A DNA stretch of 64,000 nucleotides. Source: Psammoneis japonica. Lineage: Eukaryota. Each line of letters begins with the position of its first letter. The first letter of the stretch is position 1. Below, piece by piece: positions 24,401 to 35,986 of this stretch. The position numbers and the translations under genes were made by a program. The DNA is taken from the NCBI GenBank assembly GCA_008632985.1, contig QPGO01000061.1, positions 124,001 to 188,000 on the forward strand, read 5' to 3'. The notes under the pieces were generated by a model that had not been told where the DNA came from, did no database searches, and saw nothing but the letters and a program-made list of their open reading frames with translations.

Positions 24401-24472
24401 ATGTCGTCCGGCTGCCGTCTGAAAGCTCAACCATCCTTCATCGTTCATGGTTGGATTCGCTCCCTTCGGCAA
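21410..24472 (-). CDS. pol: Gypsy Pol (end of protease, RT, RNase H, integrase); probably non-functional
   Basis: KKDGRVRWASDFRELN, ETYIDD, RNase H ADSSD/TDHKNL, integrase H..H..C..C, VAVDLIGP, DNGGEF and NPQANAACER. The protease DSG motif (VPLDSGG) is in the upstream frame 24476-24775. Confidence 0.93.
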   Translation of the reverse strand: MPKGANPTMNDEGWLSFQTAAGRHESSRHVVMKDLILPEFDKSKQVDGIAAQVFDAPCKCDLILGQDFLSKAGIVLDFRFGMTKWLETSIPMKQSNHWNSVQNWLDALEDDGEDEDDEEAFGQSFMMDAKYEKVSPAKVAQAQTHLTQEQRDELQAVLEKHETLFDGTLGEHPHETVHLEVDPNAVPFHSKACEVSKRDEAVFKKEPQHPCNIGALEPVGPTEWAAGTFVTPKKDGRVRWASDFRELNKVLKRKVHPLPIIQDVVHRRSGCKCLTKLDLTVFYCHVELDEESKDLCAIVAPFGKFRHCRLAMGLKTSPDVAQAIIEKVAKGIDVETYIDDIAQFDDLFDAHVHRLDELLSRLEENNLKINPLKCEWCVQETDFLGHWLTPAGVRPWKKKVEAVLRMQPPKTVTELRSFIGAATCCRNMWPRRSHVLAPLTKLTGKSKLEWTPECQRAFEDVKTLMLDDTLWVYPNHNKPFHICADSSDCQMGAAIVQDGKPVACWSRKLSTAQQNCSTIEKESLAVVMCFKEFRSMLFGADCTVFTDHKNLTFRALNSQRVLRWRLFLEDFAPTFEHVDGKDNLSADCFSRLPRMDPPAEGKCAPNKGKLIDFKAINPAMLPREEELDDQNRVSHFSCRREEPSPFYSSVVDDPELCESFLNCPSLEEMQNPATMQRIQEHQFIDVELNNVRQQHPERFVVECVNQRPVICHRARPNDPPTVWKICVPTALLHDIIRWHHGILGHAGVHRMHSTVGAHFCHPALRQSCERFHCADCQRLKTLGPGCGDLPEREAPLLPWTEVAVDLIGPWKIEIQNHEIEFNALTCVDTVSNVTELIRIDNKTSSHIAQQFENCWLSRCPRPNRCIHDNGGEFIGEDFQLSLQRAGVEDAPTASRNPQANAACERMHQTVGNVLRTLLHVCPPQNVEQANQPVDNALATAMHAMRCAVSRALKISPGAMVFQRDMILDSPVPANLAAIQEHRQAIINANLRRANAERRSCDFQVGGQVLLKAVDPTKLKP

Positions 24473-24787
24473 AACTCAAGAATGAACAAGAGTGTTGGTG
24501 CCTCCTGAATCCAATGGCACTCGCAACACTCGCTTGCTCTCTTGATTTTGAATGGTGCGCACCGCCATCAACGTCGTTGGCACCACATTCAATGGTTTGG
24601 GAGTCGCAGTTTTAGGGGTTGGCACAGCGCACTCCAAAACGCCGCCCAATTTCTCTTCATTCACAGCATGAGATTCCATCAGGTCTCCCACATTGTCATC
24701 AACATTAAAACACACATTTTCTTCACGATCACGCGAAACATAAAAAGATTGAGCGACACGCTCTGACTCAGGCACTTCCGTCCCTTG

Positions 24788-26000
24788 TCAATTACACCAA
24801 CTTCGTTGACCTTGATGGGTGCGACCATTCTGATCGCATCCATTTCCACCTCGCATCTCACGAGGCCCTCCTTGATCAAAATGGTGCGACTCCATTTGCC
24901 AGCCACCAGGAGGAGCTGCTCCAGCCGGATTTCCACAGCCTTGGGCATCACCGTTGGCTTGGGTGCCATTTTGATTTTGGTGATGGGATCCATTCCCTTG
25001 AGAATTCTGGGAGTCATCACAATTGCCGTAACCTCGGCCTCCATGTCCTCCTTGATTGCCACAATTGCCACGTCCTCGACCTTGGAAGTTGCCACGACCA
25101 CCTCGACCTTGGGGTCCTCCACCTTGGCAGTTTCCTCGGCCTCCACCACGACCTCCGCTATGACCACCACGGTCGGACCTCGGTCGACAGTTTTGGCTTT
25201 CTGGATTCAAAATGCAGTCCTTCCACTTGTGGTCGTGATTCGCATGCACCGGGCATCTAGATTCTGGATCCGTTCCACCACCATTGCCACGAGAGCATCT
25301 TGAAGCTTGAGACGAAGCACTGTTGCTTTTCCTCTTCTTGTCCTGCTTCTTGTTGCCACTCTTGTCAGCAAAAGATTTCTCGTTGTTCCTGCAACCAATG
25401 ATCTCAGCGAGAGCATCGTTCGCCATCACTCGTCCTGCTCGAGTGTGCATCTCACGCCACGGATGAGGGAAGCCATCGAATGTCATCTTTTTCTTCTGAG
25501 CTTCGTTGACTTGAGGAGCATTTCCTGGAAGTTTGTTGGAGCACCGAATCAAGGTTTCCATGCGATCTGCATGTGCCTGCACTTCAGATTTGAGTGGTTT
25601 TTTCAAAGTTGGCAAACATTCAATCATCGCATCACGCGCTTCATTGTCACAATGAGACAAGTAAAAACGATTGATTTCCTGATCAAAACGCTCGACGGTT
25701 TTATCGGCATCGTCAATTGCATTGGTCAAGTTCGCCCACTTGTCCTCTGCAGCATCCGCAAGCACTTCCTCGAAATTTTCGAACAACTCCTCGCCAGCAG
25801 TGCACTCCAATTTCACAGCAATTTTCCGAAAACGATCCTCAACGAATGACAATGCTTCAACACCATGAGTGCCATCAAAACGCGGACACTTTTTTGTACG
25901 AGCACTGCGTCATCATGCGATTGGGTCAATTTCACTTCCTCCAAGTCAGAATGCTCAAATTCAGCTTCACAGCTGATGCAAGGCTCCTTCAACGATTCAC
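24788..26000 (-). CDS. gag: Gypsy Gag (frameshifted near 25850)
   Basis: Upstream of pol, with zinc knuckle CPVHANHDHKWKDC and an RGG-rich tail. Confidence 0.8.
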
Positions 26001-26241
26001 TCATCATGAAAAAGGGAATGCAATTGTTCAACAGTCCTCTCCAGGGACTCTGCCTTTGACTCCAAATGATGCACTCGGCTCGCCAAATTCTGTTCGTGTC
26101 GTTTGCGTTGTTGCACTTGTTTCTGGTGCTCAATGGCCCAAACTGCTGCTCTTGCGCGCAGTTCTCTTTTCTCACGTTTGGTCAATTTGTTTGCATTGTT
26201 CCCAGTCTCCATCCAGTTCTTTGAATCGACTGCAATTACAG

Positions 26242-26403
26242 CGCAAGGTCTAACGAGATAAAGACTTCAGTGATGACAAAATTGTGAGCGAAAGACGGAG
26301 GTGACGAGGGTCGCTTTCAGCGAAGCCCGTTGCAACGGCTTCCGTCATGTCCAATGGGTTCATTGACACCATGCATCAGAAAAATGAGGTGCAAGACACT
26401 GCA
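26242..26403 (-). repeat. 5' LTR of Gypsy element
   Basis: Aligns to 21019-21180 and is followed by TSD CTGGA. Confidence 0.9.
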
Positions 26404-27594
26404 CTGGAGGCACCCTCCTCCAGAAAGATCCACTTCAAAGACCCCCCAAAAGGTGCGGAGCTCTCTGCGCCTCTGACGTGCAGCACTTCAAAGTCACGGC
26501 TTTCTTGAACTACTGCAACACGTCAGTGATGATAATGCCGGCATTTTAAGGCTAAATCTTTAGCACACCACTTCAATGTACTGTGCTGTACATGTGTTTT
26601 GATGATGCGCATTCGATGTTATTTATGCACCTCTGAAAGTACTTCAAAGTGTCACGTTGTTGATAAAAATCTTTTTGTACTTCTTTTGTACGGAAAAAAG
26701 ATACGGACCGCGACGCCGCGACGTCAGCGTCACTTGTACTTCTTTTGTACGCAGTCCCATTTTCTACAGCATAAAAAGATGCGGACCGCGATGCGACGTC
26801 CTCATTTTTACTTTTTCGAGTCGCAAAAAAAGGTCACAGTACGATGCAGCTCACGAAGTTCCTTACCACCTCGCTCCCACTTTGCGTTCCTGCCTTCGTC
26901 ACTGGCGGGCACCTCCGCAACACCGTTCAGGTGAGCATCCTGCGACAGAAATTGAAAATCGACGTGCATCAGCTTGAGAATCAGAACCAAGGCATCGCGC
27001 CATTGGCTCCTTTGTCGAGAATGTCTTGGCGACTCATCTCACGTCCATCTCATTTGCTGCCATTGTTCTTGCGGGAGAAGGAGGGAAACTGTGACAGCTC
27101 CAACAACGTGGAGATGATCGTCGAACGTCTCTTGCAGGACAACACGACGAAGATGAACACGATGAACATGAACACGACGACCTCTTCTTCAGGATCTTCG
27201 AGCTGCTCTTCAGGATCTTCGGGCTCTTCTTAAAAATCTTTGGACTCTGACTCAGAGACACAGTTTTGGTCTTTGTCTTCTTGATGAGACAGAGGACAAT
27301 GAATGAGGTGTTGTGGCTTTCAACATGCTTGCAGACTCATGTGGTTTGGCAGGCAACGCTTGATGCCTCAAACAAATGACTGTGTTCATGTTTCGGTTCG
27401 TTTTCGTGTTGGCATTTAATTGTGTGTAGACTGTGTCAGGTGAGGCACTCGGTCATTGTGTTTGGGACATTGCTGCAAGTTTGACTGGATCCCTTCGTGC
27501 ACTGGTGTGCTCAGTCAAAATGGTGATTGCAAGTTGGCTGTAAGTCCAGGTTGCGCGTTCATTTCCATGACTCCACATGATGAACTGAAGACGA

Positions 27595-27640
27595 GAAAGC
27601 TCGCTCTACACTCTTTCCGAAAGCTCGCTCTACACTCTTT
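27595..27640. repeat. Perfect 22 bp direct repeat (period 24)
   Basis: gaaagctcgctctacactcttt twice. Confidence 0.9.
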
Positions 27641-28334
27641 TACAATCCAAGGAAAACACTGACCGGGGTGCGTCACTGACGAAAATCATGGCGCAATTTT
27701 ATGATGAGCACCCCGTCAAACTCGCCGGAATGGATTGGGAAAGTTTGAACATTTCGGGCGGGCAAAGCATCATTTCCTGCTTATTGAAATCTACTGCAGA
27801 CCGGTAATCCAGGTGACTTGTGGGGAAATGGGCTGAGTTGGGTTGAGTTGAGGAAGACCATGTATTTCTGTGTGTGTGCCATGCACTAGAGAATGACGGG
27901 ATTCCCCATCCCCAATAATCCCACCATGGGCAAGGGAACCAAGATATGGAGAGACTTCGTATCCTCTTTGATCGCAATAGTGATAAGAAAGTCGTATTCC
28001 TAATTCACTTTTTAAGGTACAATCGATAGCAAATCTTGCGTTTCTTAACAGTATTATGCAGCTGTGCAACACGCCAAAATGGTGTATCAGTCTTCACGCG
28101 CATCATGTCCAACTACTATAATGTGACTGAATCTACAATCCTCAGACATGTCGAGAACGCCAAGGAAGCAACAACATCAAGAAGAGAAATGGTTAAAAAT
28201 CTATGCCGCGTCCGCACTCCACCTAAGAAAAAAATACAAAGATGCTGCGGCGATCGACTGCTGACAATCTCTGTTCGGATGTATGCCAAAACAAAATCGC
28301 TACCGTATAAGCAGAGAACTCGATATGGACATTG

Positions 28335-30988
28335 TCAATGTTTGGCTTTTGATTGGGAATTCAAAAGTATTCGGTCAGTTCCAGCATCTATCAGAGCTTC
28401 CTTCATTTCATCGTAGCTAGACTGTGATCTTTTTAGCATATTCAACACATTTTCAAGTCGTTTCGACACGTTCAACGGTTTTTCAAGTTGATCCTGTTTG
28501 CAGTTTGGTGTCGTTGGAGCAACGCCGAGGAACTTGAATATTCTGTCCCACTGCAATTCGTTTTCAAAGTCCGCGGGGTCAACCTTGAGATGCGGCACCT
28601 TGTATTTTTCTAGCGCATCATCTATCTCATCCTCCCAGTCCCGTTGTCCCCGTATCTTGTCCGAGACGAAGCTAATAGGCAACGACTCATTATGAAACCA
28701 AATACACTTCGATTTGTTTTCTCCACACGGCGAAACGCCCCGAGCAGAAAAGTATTTGAAAGCGGATATGGCTACATCAAGTGGGTTTTGAACGGCCCGA
28801 ATAACCTTCACAGGGGGCGTCAATGAAGGCAGTGAACGAAGCGCTTCTATGAATCCACTCATAGTGAGCGATCCTTGGACGGGGTTCCACTTCAAGGCAG
28901 CAACAGCGGCATGTGGAGCACCCGCCTGTGTTTTACAAATTGCGTCGGCAAGCCACGAGCCATCCGCGTTGTCCCGAAAAAAATTTTCCACTTGCATTTC
29001 GTTTTTTTCAAAATACTTTGTTGGAGAAGTGAGGTTCCCGGCTCGAAAGCTTAATGCTGCCCACATCGCACTCGAGACTCCAGAATGCCGAGATCCTATC
29101 GAGCTGTTTGTTTCGGCGGCCATGAGAACTACAGGGATCGGACCGTTGGGATCAGGACATGGTGGAGCATGTTGATCTGAAGAATAATTTGCCTGGATCC
29201 AAAGCGTCTGATACTCGTCCCGAAATGTCTTCACGACATCATACTTGGTTGTGTGATACCCATCAGTAGTCCAATCCGTGTCCGCTCCTTTGCGCATGCG
29301 AGCGATGCGGTCACTGATTCTATTGTAGCTTGTCCAGTGCATGCCGCGCCCCGTATGATGCTTGTCGTTACTACAGTCACAATATCCCATGCCGTCAGGG
29401 CGACGGCGTAAACGATCGTAATTTGGAGGGTCCAGAAGATTTTTCGCCTTAAAACGATGAAATAGTTCATCATCTTCGGCGCCCCAGCCCCATACCTCGT
29501 TCGTCAAGCCATTCACTATTCGCCAGTTCGCAAGAGACGCAGCCACGACACCACCTGAAAAGGAAGCATACGGAACGCCTCCTCCAAAGCAAGGGATCGC
29601 TGAACAGACAAGCTGTGGTTTTTCGCACCATGAATAGTCGACTGTGTCCAGGTTTGGTAGCAAGTCGACGTCATGCTGCACAACACAAGTTTCATTTGTC
29701 TTGAATCGTTTCGAAATCTCGTGTAATCCAACGTTACTAAGCCAACCTCTTCGAAAGAAGTCATCGTTCATCTGTTCCACAACAAAAACATGTAAATGAT
29801 AATTAAGCCGTCGATGGCGGAGTCGCTGAATGTGAGCCATAAATCGACGATAGTGTATTTTGCGGTCGCGATAGGGAATCATGATTACAACCGTTTTTTG
29901 ATTATTCGAGCGCTTGGAGACGGGGTAATATTTCGCATCAACTGCTGCGGGCCCGTCTCTCGAAACTCGAAACCATGAGGATCCATACCCGTCGAGAGTC
30001 TGGCTGATCATCTGGTAAGAGAAGCTGTTCAACCCATCATTTTTCCATTCACTGGAACCCGAAGCTAGACGCTCAATGCGATCAATAATTCTATGCTGGT
30101 CACCAATATGGAATTGATTCGCACCTTGATGTGTCCAGATAGGTGTGGGAAGGCAAATGCTTCTCCCACTTCCATCGGGAGGGCGACGGAGAGTGTCATT
30201 TCTAGTCAACAAATCATTCTGTTGGAAGCGCCAGTACATGTCCTCATCTTCTCCCCACATATCATACAAGGAGTCCGTGAATCCGTTGATGCGATGCCAT
30301 GCGGATAATCTTGCAGCAATAATGCCGCGAGAGAATTTCTCGTGTGGCAATGAGCCATTGTAGCACGAGAGTTCTGATGAAACAAGAGTCGGCCGATCAC
30401 ACCACGACATGTATGATGCAGTATCCACCGTACTCGGAAGTACGTCGAGATCGTGAACGACGAAACATGTTTCGTCAGAGAAGCGCTCCCCAGCCTGTAG
30501 TAAAGCGACGTTCAGCAACCACGCACGTCGAAAGTGACTGGCATTTTCCTCGTTAACAATCATGGTGTGAAACGTCACGTTCTTTATCGTGTGATTCAAC
30601 ATCTGAATTCGATGCATCACTAAGTCGTAGTTTTCTGATGACTCCGGCGGAATGGAATAGCAATCACGACATTATCTGAAGAAGGCTCGGGTGGCGTCCA
30701 CGATGACGACGGCAACTCGAATGCTTCCAAATCACTCGCTTCATTTTCCGATGCGGTCTTCCGGATATTCCTCTTGAAATTGGGTTGGCTCAAAGGAGCT
30801 TCCTTAGAGCTGCCTGCTGGAAAAGGAGACAAAGAGTGTTCAATCTCAAAGATCAGAAGGCTGACGAAAGGGAGGAGGGCCACACAGACGAGAATGATCA
30901 AGAAAGCTCCAGCCGTGAAAACGAATCGATTTTCGCGTCCTCTGTGATAATACTTTCGTCGAATCTGTGCCATGCTGAGGCGCTTCAA
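28335..30988 (-). CDS. Type II membrane protein: two GT7 (beta-1,4-galactosyltransferase-like) domains + C-terminal sulfotransferase-like domain; 1 bp frameshift near 30630
   Basis: TM helix FVFTAGAFLIILVCVALL. GT7 motifs twice (IPFRR/FRRAWLLNV/HDLD/WGEDED and IPYRDR/FRRGWLSNVG/HDVDLLP/WGWGAEDDEL). C-terminal GSRHSGVS and VIRAVQNPLDVAIS. The frames join in an A-run (cagaaaactac). Confidence 0.8.
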
Positions 30989-31527
30989 CCAGTGATGGCT
31001 CTAGAGCTGTTGTAGAAAAGGGAAGAGTTTTGATGATGAGTGGCCGTTCTAAGTTGTGCTCCAAATGGCAAGCTTATTTGGACAAAGTGGCAGCTTCAAG
31101 CTACTTTCAAATTGATGGTGTCTGCGGTTTCTGTGTCCGTGTGGAGAGTGCGTGCGCAATTTTCCGGATGAGACCCCACACGGGAAGACAGGGCGTCCGC
31201 GCGCGCGCACAGACGGTGCTCCATTATTTTTTTACCTTGTTTTCCGTTGAGCGATGCGCGTCGATTATGTATAGGGCCTACATCTGTACATGCCGCATTA
31301 TACTGTAATTCAGCGTGCTACTTTCCTCAGATTTGCAGAGACGTTAAACTTTTGCCGTTGAGGCAATTCAAAACCGATGGCATGCCTCTCCGAGGATTCA
31401 AATCAATTTTTGAAACTTTCAAAATCAACCCGATTTATTTGCCGAGATGAATTGGCTTTGGCACATGTCTGGTCAATCACGTGGGGGCAGCTCGCGTTTT
31501 GTGAAAAAAAGAGGAGGAAAAGAGGAG

Positions 31528-31529
<2 letters not shown>

Positions 31530-31581
<52 letters not shown>
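31530..31581. repeat. (GA)n microsatellite
   Basis: About 26 GA units. Confidence 0.98.
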
Positions 31582-31584
<3 letters not shown>

Positions 31585-34500
31585 AAGTTGAGCGCGTGCG
31601 CACTTTGCCCAAAGATGATGACTGGCGCACCTCAGGCACCTCAGCAAGGCCTCGATGCAAAAACAACCATGGTGGCAGCAACAGCCGCTGCTCGACATTG
31701 TTGCAAAATCTTTTCCTGCAGCATGTGCAGCTGCATGTCATTCTGTGTTTTTCTCTGATTGGCGCATCTGCTGAAAGAGAGGGAGAGAAAATCCAAAAAT
31801 GGGTGAAAACTTCCGTCTGTTGACATTGCTGCTGTGGCGCCAAACTGTTCTCACAACTTGCACGCTTCAATCCCTGTTTGTGCACTGGACAGATGAACAA
31901 GCACAGAGCTTCTGCTTGTGAAAGAGTGATGGCTGCAGCTTGTTCTGACAGCAAAACAAATTCCTCGCAAGTGCGCCGTCACTTCACTTTGCCACTGCTT
32001 GCCACACTCTGTTGCGCTGGCACCTGCAAGAATGGCATTGCATGACACAGTCAGCATTTGAAGGCAATGCTGCAGTCTGCACAAAAGTCTTTGGAGCAGC
32101 CTTTCAAGAGTTGCTGGTGCTGTTGACACGCAATTTGATGAGCAGCCAGGCAGTGCAGGAGGTGTTGGTGTTTGAGTGGCTGGGGTGCACAAGGGTTGAT
32201 TCTGCTGGAGTGGCTGTTTTGTGCAGGCAGTGGGTGGAGTCAGAGCAGCTGTGCTGCTTTGTGGTCCATGCAGTGTTGGGCAGCCATGAAGGCATGGAAG
32301 TGGACAGCATTGGAGTGTCCAGTTGGCACCTTCTGGGCATGGGCAAACAACTGCAATGGACAGGAAGAGCTAGCATTGTGAGAATGACTGGTGCTCATCC
32401 TTTGAATGGCACATGGCAGAACTCACGAGCACATTTGCAACCTTGGCAAAAGATGATGATGAGCACAAAATTGACAGGCAGAAAGTTGATGTGCAGTCCT
32501 CCTCCAGGAGATCAAGGCTGACAATGTCCACTGCAAGCTTGCACGCCTGTGTGATGTCAGCCTGCGGCATCCTTGTGACTTCACTGGTGCTTGTGCATTC
32601 TTTTCTGCTGAAGTTTCTTGTTTGCATGGTGCAGCTCAGCTGGAGGCCCAGTGTCACTCAAAGCATGAGATCTTAGAAATGTTTCATGATGGAGGCCCGG
32701 GTGGAGGTTTTGCACAAGAGGTGGTGATCAAGGACCCAGCCAGAGGGGGTGGTGGAGGCCATGGGTCAGGAGGAGGCAGAGGCCAAGGCAGGCAATGCTT
32801 TAGAGGCAGAGGTGCAATGGCCAATGGCACAAATGTGGCAGATCCCACTCACAGCATTTCACCCAATGACTGGCAGTGGTTTGAAAGCCCGTGAGCACCA
32901 CATGGTCAGACATGGTGGTGGTCCTGGACATGGATGTGGCAGCCCCAGTGGCTGACTGGTGGCAGGTGTGTGCCAGAGTGCAGACAAGTTGGCACAGCAG
33001 CAACACGCGCAACCACCAATCAATGCTCCAAGTGCAGGTCACAGATGATGATGATGTGAGAACAAGAAGTGCGGCAGGCATGGAGCAGGCTTTGGTCATG
33101 GTGATTGTGCATGAACTTGATGGTTTGGGGTGACAGCCGCACAAGCCTTGTTTGCATGTCACATGGGTGTGATTGCATTTTCTTTGCTGTTGCTGCTCCT
33201 GCTGTCTCAACCCCACCAAAACATGTTAAAAAGAGCTTCCACAGAATTGAAAGGCAACCTCCAAGAGATTGGTGTAGTCAGCAAATGCAGCGCCAATCTC
33301 AAACAATGCAGTTCCCAGTCATGTGTCCCACAATTAATGTGGAGCACATGCCAACAACACATGCAGTGCAGGAGCAAACTGGAAGTTGGTGGAAGAAACC
33401 AATGAAGTGTGTGAGCAAGTCCATTTCTTGAATTGCACAACCCAGTCAAACAAGTTCCCTTTGCATTGTGTTGTGGTGTTTGGACACACCTGGGTGCAAC
33501 AATTGAGCACCTGTTGAATGGTGACCAGACACTGTGGTTTGAACAACAAATGGAACATTCCCTTTTCAATCTAAATCAGTTGCGAGCACACAATGTGCTT
33601 CATCCCTTTTCATGCCATGGGGACAATTGTGTCTTCTGAGTCTTGAGCACATGCAGAGTGGGAAGAGCAGAACTTGCCAGTCATCTTGCTCACAGGCAAC
33701 ACTTGGAATCCATCAGAGGCTGACATGGGCATCCCAAACAAGACCCAAGCACAGCAGGAGATGTGTGTCATCTGATCATCAATGTCTCACATGCGAAAGT
33801 TGGAGATGTTGGAGCTGAAGGCCAAGTGGGGGGGAGTCTGTGGCAGTTCAATGGGGAGTGGTCAAGGAGACTGTGGCAAGTGTGCCCCTGATTTGTTGCT
33901 TCCAAACCTTTTGTGAACACATGGTTGCATCTGCAAAGATTGCGTGCATCACCTGCAGGGAAGATGTTGACAAGCCAGAGTGCCAGGTGTTGGAATTCTG
34001 AACAAAGATCACACAACAGAAAAGCTGGCAAGGAAGTGGAGCTCAGGCCCAGATGCAGCAAAAGATGCACTCAACATTGTGACTTAGAGAGGTGTCAGAA
34101 CAGCAATGCAGCCATTGTCAAGGCACATTTGTGCAGACAATTTGGGTTTGCATCAGAAGAGATTGAAGGGGACATGGTTCATAAACACTCTCATTTCAAA
34201 GGTTGAGTCCATGCTGGACAAATCTTGTGCCAATGTTTGCACTCAGGGGAAGTTCACAAAGGTCATGCCAATGATGGCTTGGTCAGAGGCGCAGGATGAT
34301 CATTGGTCAAGTTGACAGATGACATTCACAGATGACATCAGAGCACCTGAGTTTTTGTTTTGAAGGGTGGAGCAGGAGAGTTCACTGGCAAGAATGCAGA
34401 GTTTGAGAAGTGCACAAGGCAATGTGCACACAACTCAGAAACTCAGAGCAAGGCAGGAAGAATCAAAATCATGCAGTGGAACAAGAGACAGTGACCAAGA

Positions 34501-35986
34501 AAAAGGTCCCAAAACAATTGTGGGATTTTGGTCTTGTGTGCAAAGCAAAACTCTTGTCCAGGATGGCAAAAGACAGGGGCTGGAGAACTGGATGTGAAGA
34601 AGTTTCAGGACAAATGCCAGAGATTGGAGATCACCTGGATTTTGGATTTTGTGAACTGGTTTGGTGGTGGGATGGACCAGGCTCAAAACCAAGTGCTGCT
34701 GAAGATCCTGCATGACTTGGAAGTTGGCTTGGGACATCACACAAGTTTGGGTCAGATGTGTGTGGCCATTGGATTGTGACCAAGAGCAGCAAAGTCAAAG
34801 TGGTGCCATGTCCAAAACCTCAGTGGAGTGCATTGCACAGGCTGACTTTGTTGAGTTGGAGAAGAGGAAGTGCACTGACAAGTTCAATGAAGAGCCTTGA
34901 CAGAACAGTTGGATGCCACCAACTTTGCACTGGAAGGCAACAAGGCAGTGCCAGCATCCAGCTTGGATGACCATGCAATTGACAGAGACAATGGAGTGCA
35001 GTGTGATGGCGGAGCAATGCTGGATGACAAAGATCATGACAACATGTCATTTGATGATGAGCAACCCGACAGCAATGAGATGAAGCAGCAACAGATCAGC
35101 ACCTTTGTGTGTGGAGTTGATCCTGGACATTGGGACAGAGCAACAAGCCAGCCAACAGACATGGTGCAGTCTCAAAGATGAGAGCAAGAGGCCATGGTGG
35201 CAAGCCAACCAAGAGAAGGCACCAGAACCCATTGTTTGAAGTGAGGGAGCATGAATTTGAGCACACAGATGGGATGACAGATGAGTGTGCTGCCAATGTC
35301 ACAGCTGAAAATGTGTTTGCTCAGGTTGACAATGAGGGTCATCAGCTCTCTGTCCTGCATGAAGCTGAAGATCATGGGGAAACCCATGACACAATTTCAA
35401 GAGATGACAGCATGGCTCAAGCTGCAGGAGGTTAGAACAAGAAGAAGAAGAAGATGACAAAAGGCTGGAACCACTGGTGGCATGTAGAAGGATGGCAGCT
35501 TTGGATCAAGTTGAAAGACATCAAAGACTCCAACCCGGCAGAAGTGGCCAATTGTGTGCGGTCGTGAGCCAAGTTGTTGATGAGCCAGCATTTGCTGGGT
35601 TGGTGCCTCATGCATTGAGGAAGAGGAGTCATGCATCATGTCAAAGGTCAAGCAAAAATGATGGAGAACTGCACATGAGTTTGGGGTTGAGTTGCCAAAG
35701 AGAGTTGATGAGGTGCCACAAATTGATCATGAGATGGGGACAGGCTGGTGGGCTGGAGCAATTGACAAGACATGTTTGTCATGACAATTCGGCGAGTGTC
35801 GATCCAAGAATCAGCAAAGCCACTTGATGGGACCAGCCTTAGAGACTCGTGCAACACCATGGAGCATGCGCGTTTTATGATCATAGATGGTGATCCAGCA
35901 TGTTTCACCATCATGGCCAAGACAATCAGACGTGCGGTTGTCATTCTTGGACGCTCAACCAGCAAAAGCAAAGTCCACAGTGAGGC

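Larger units (their letters stand above)
21019..26403 (-). mobile_element. Full-length Ty3/Gypsy LTR retrotransposon (hypermutated)
   Basis: 162 bp LTRs at 21019-21180 and 26242-26403; 5 bp TSD CTGGA on both sides; PPT ggaagggaagag next to the 3' LTR; gag-PR-RT-RH-IN order. Confidence 0.95.
20873..26520. mobile_element. Candidate older LTR (TGTTG...CAACA) interrupted by the Gypsy insertion
   Basis: Joining the sequence either side of the CTGGA TSD gives about 260 bp bounded by TGTTG (20873) and CAACA (26520). No TSD of its own found. Confidence 0.3.

Noticed and set aside
21410..24472. Alternative genetic code (Cys/His codons read as Tyr)
   Set aside because: Neighbouring host genes use TAY normally, non-coding DNA shows the same change, and Leu/Ile/Val/Thr codons are also affected.
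21019..26403. ADAR/APOBEC-style editing of retroelement RNA or cDNA as the explanation
   Set aside because: Both strands are hit within one copy, the two LTRs differ independently, and DNA transposons, MITEs and host genes are affected too.
13170..26500. CpG methylation decay as the sole cause of the TG/CA excess
   Set aside because: It contributes (5 CG->TG changes in the MITE pair) but cannot remove TpA or convert Tyr codons, and many CpGs persist in the Gypsy element.
27595..27640. CRISPR-like direct repeats (also 3487-3573 and 44903-45000)
   Set aside because: Only two adjacent copies each, no unique spacers, no cas genes, and a eukaryotic context.
30615..30645. Programmed ribosomal frameshift in the GT7 gene
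   Set aside because: No canonical slippery heptamer or obvious stimulatory structure. A homopolymer indel is simpler.
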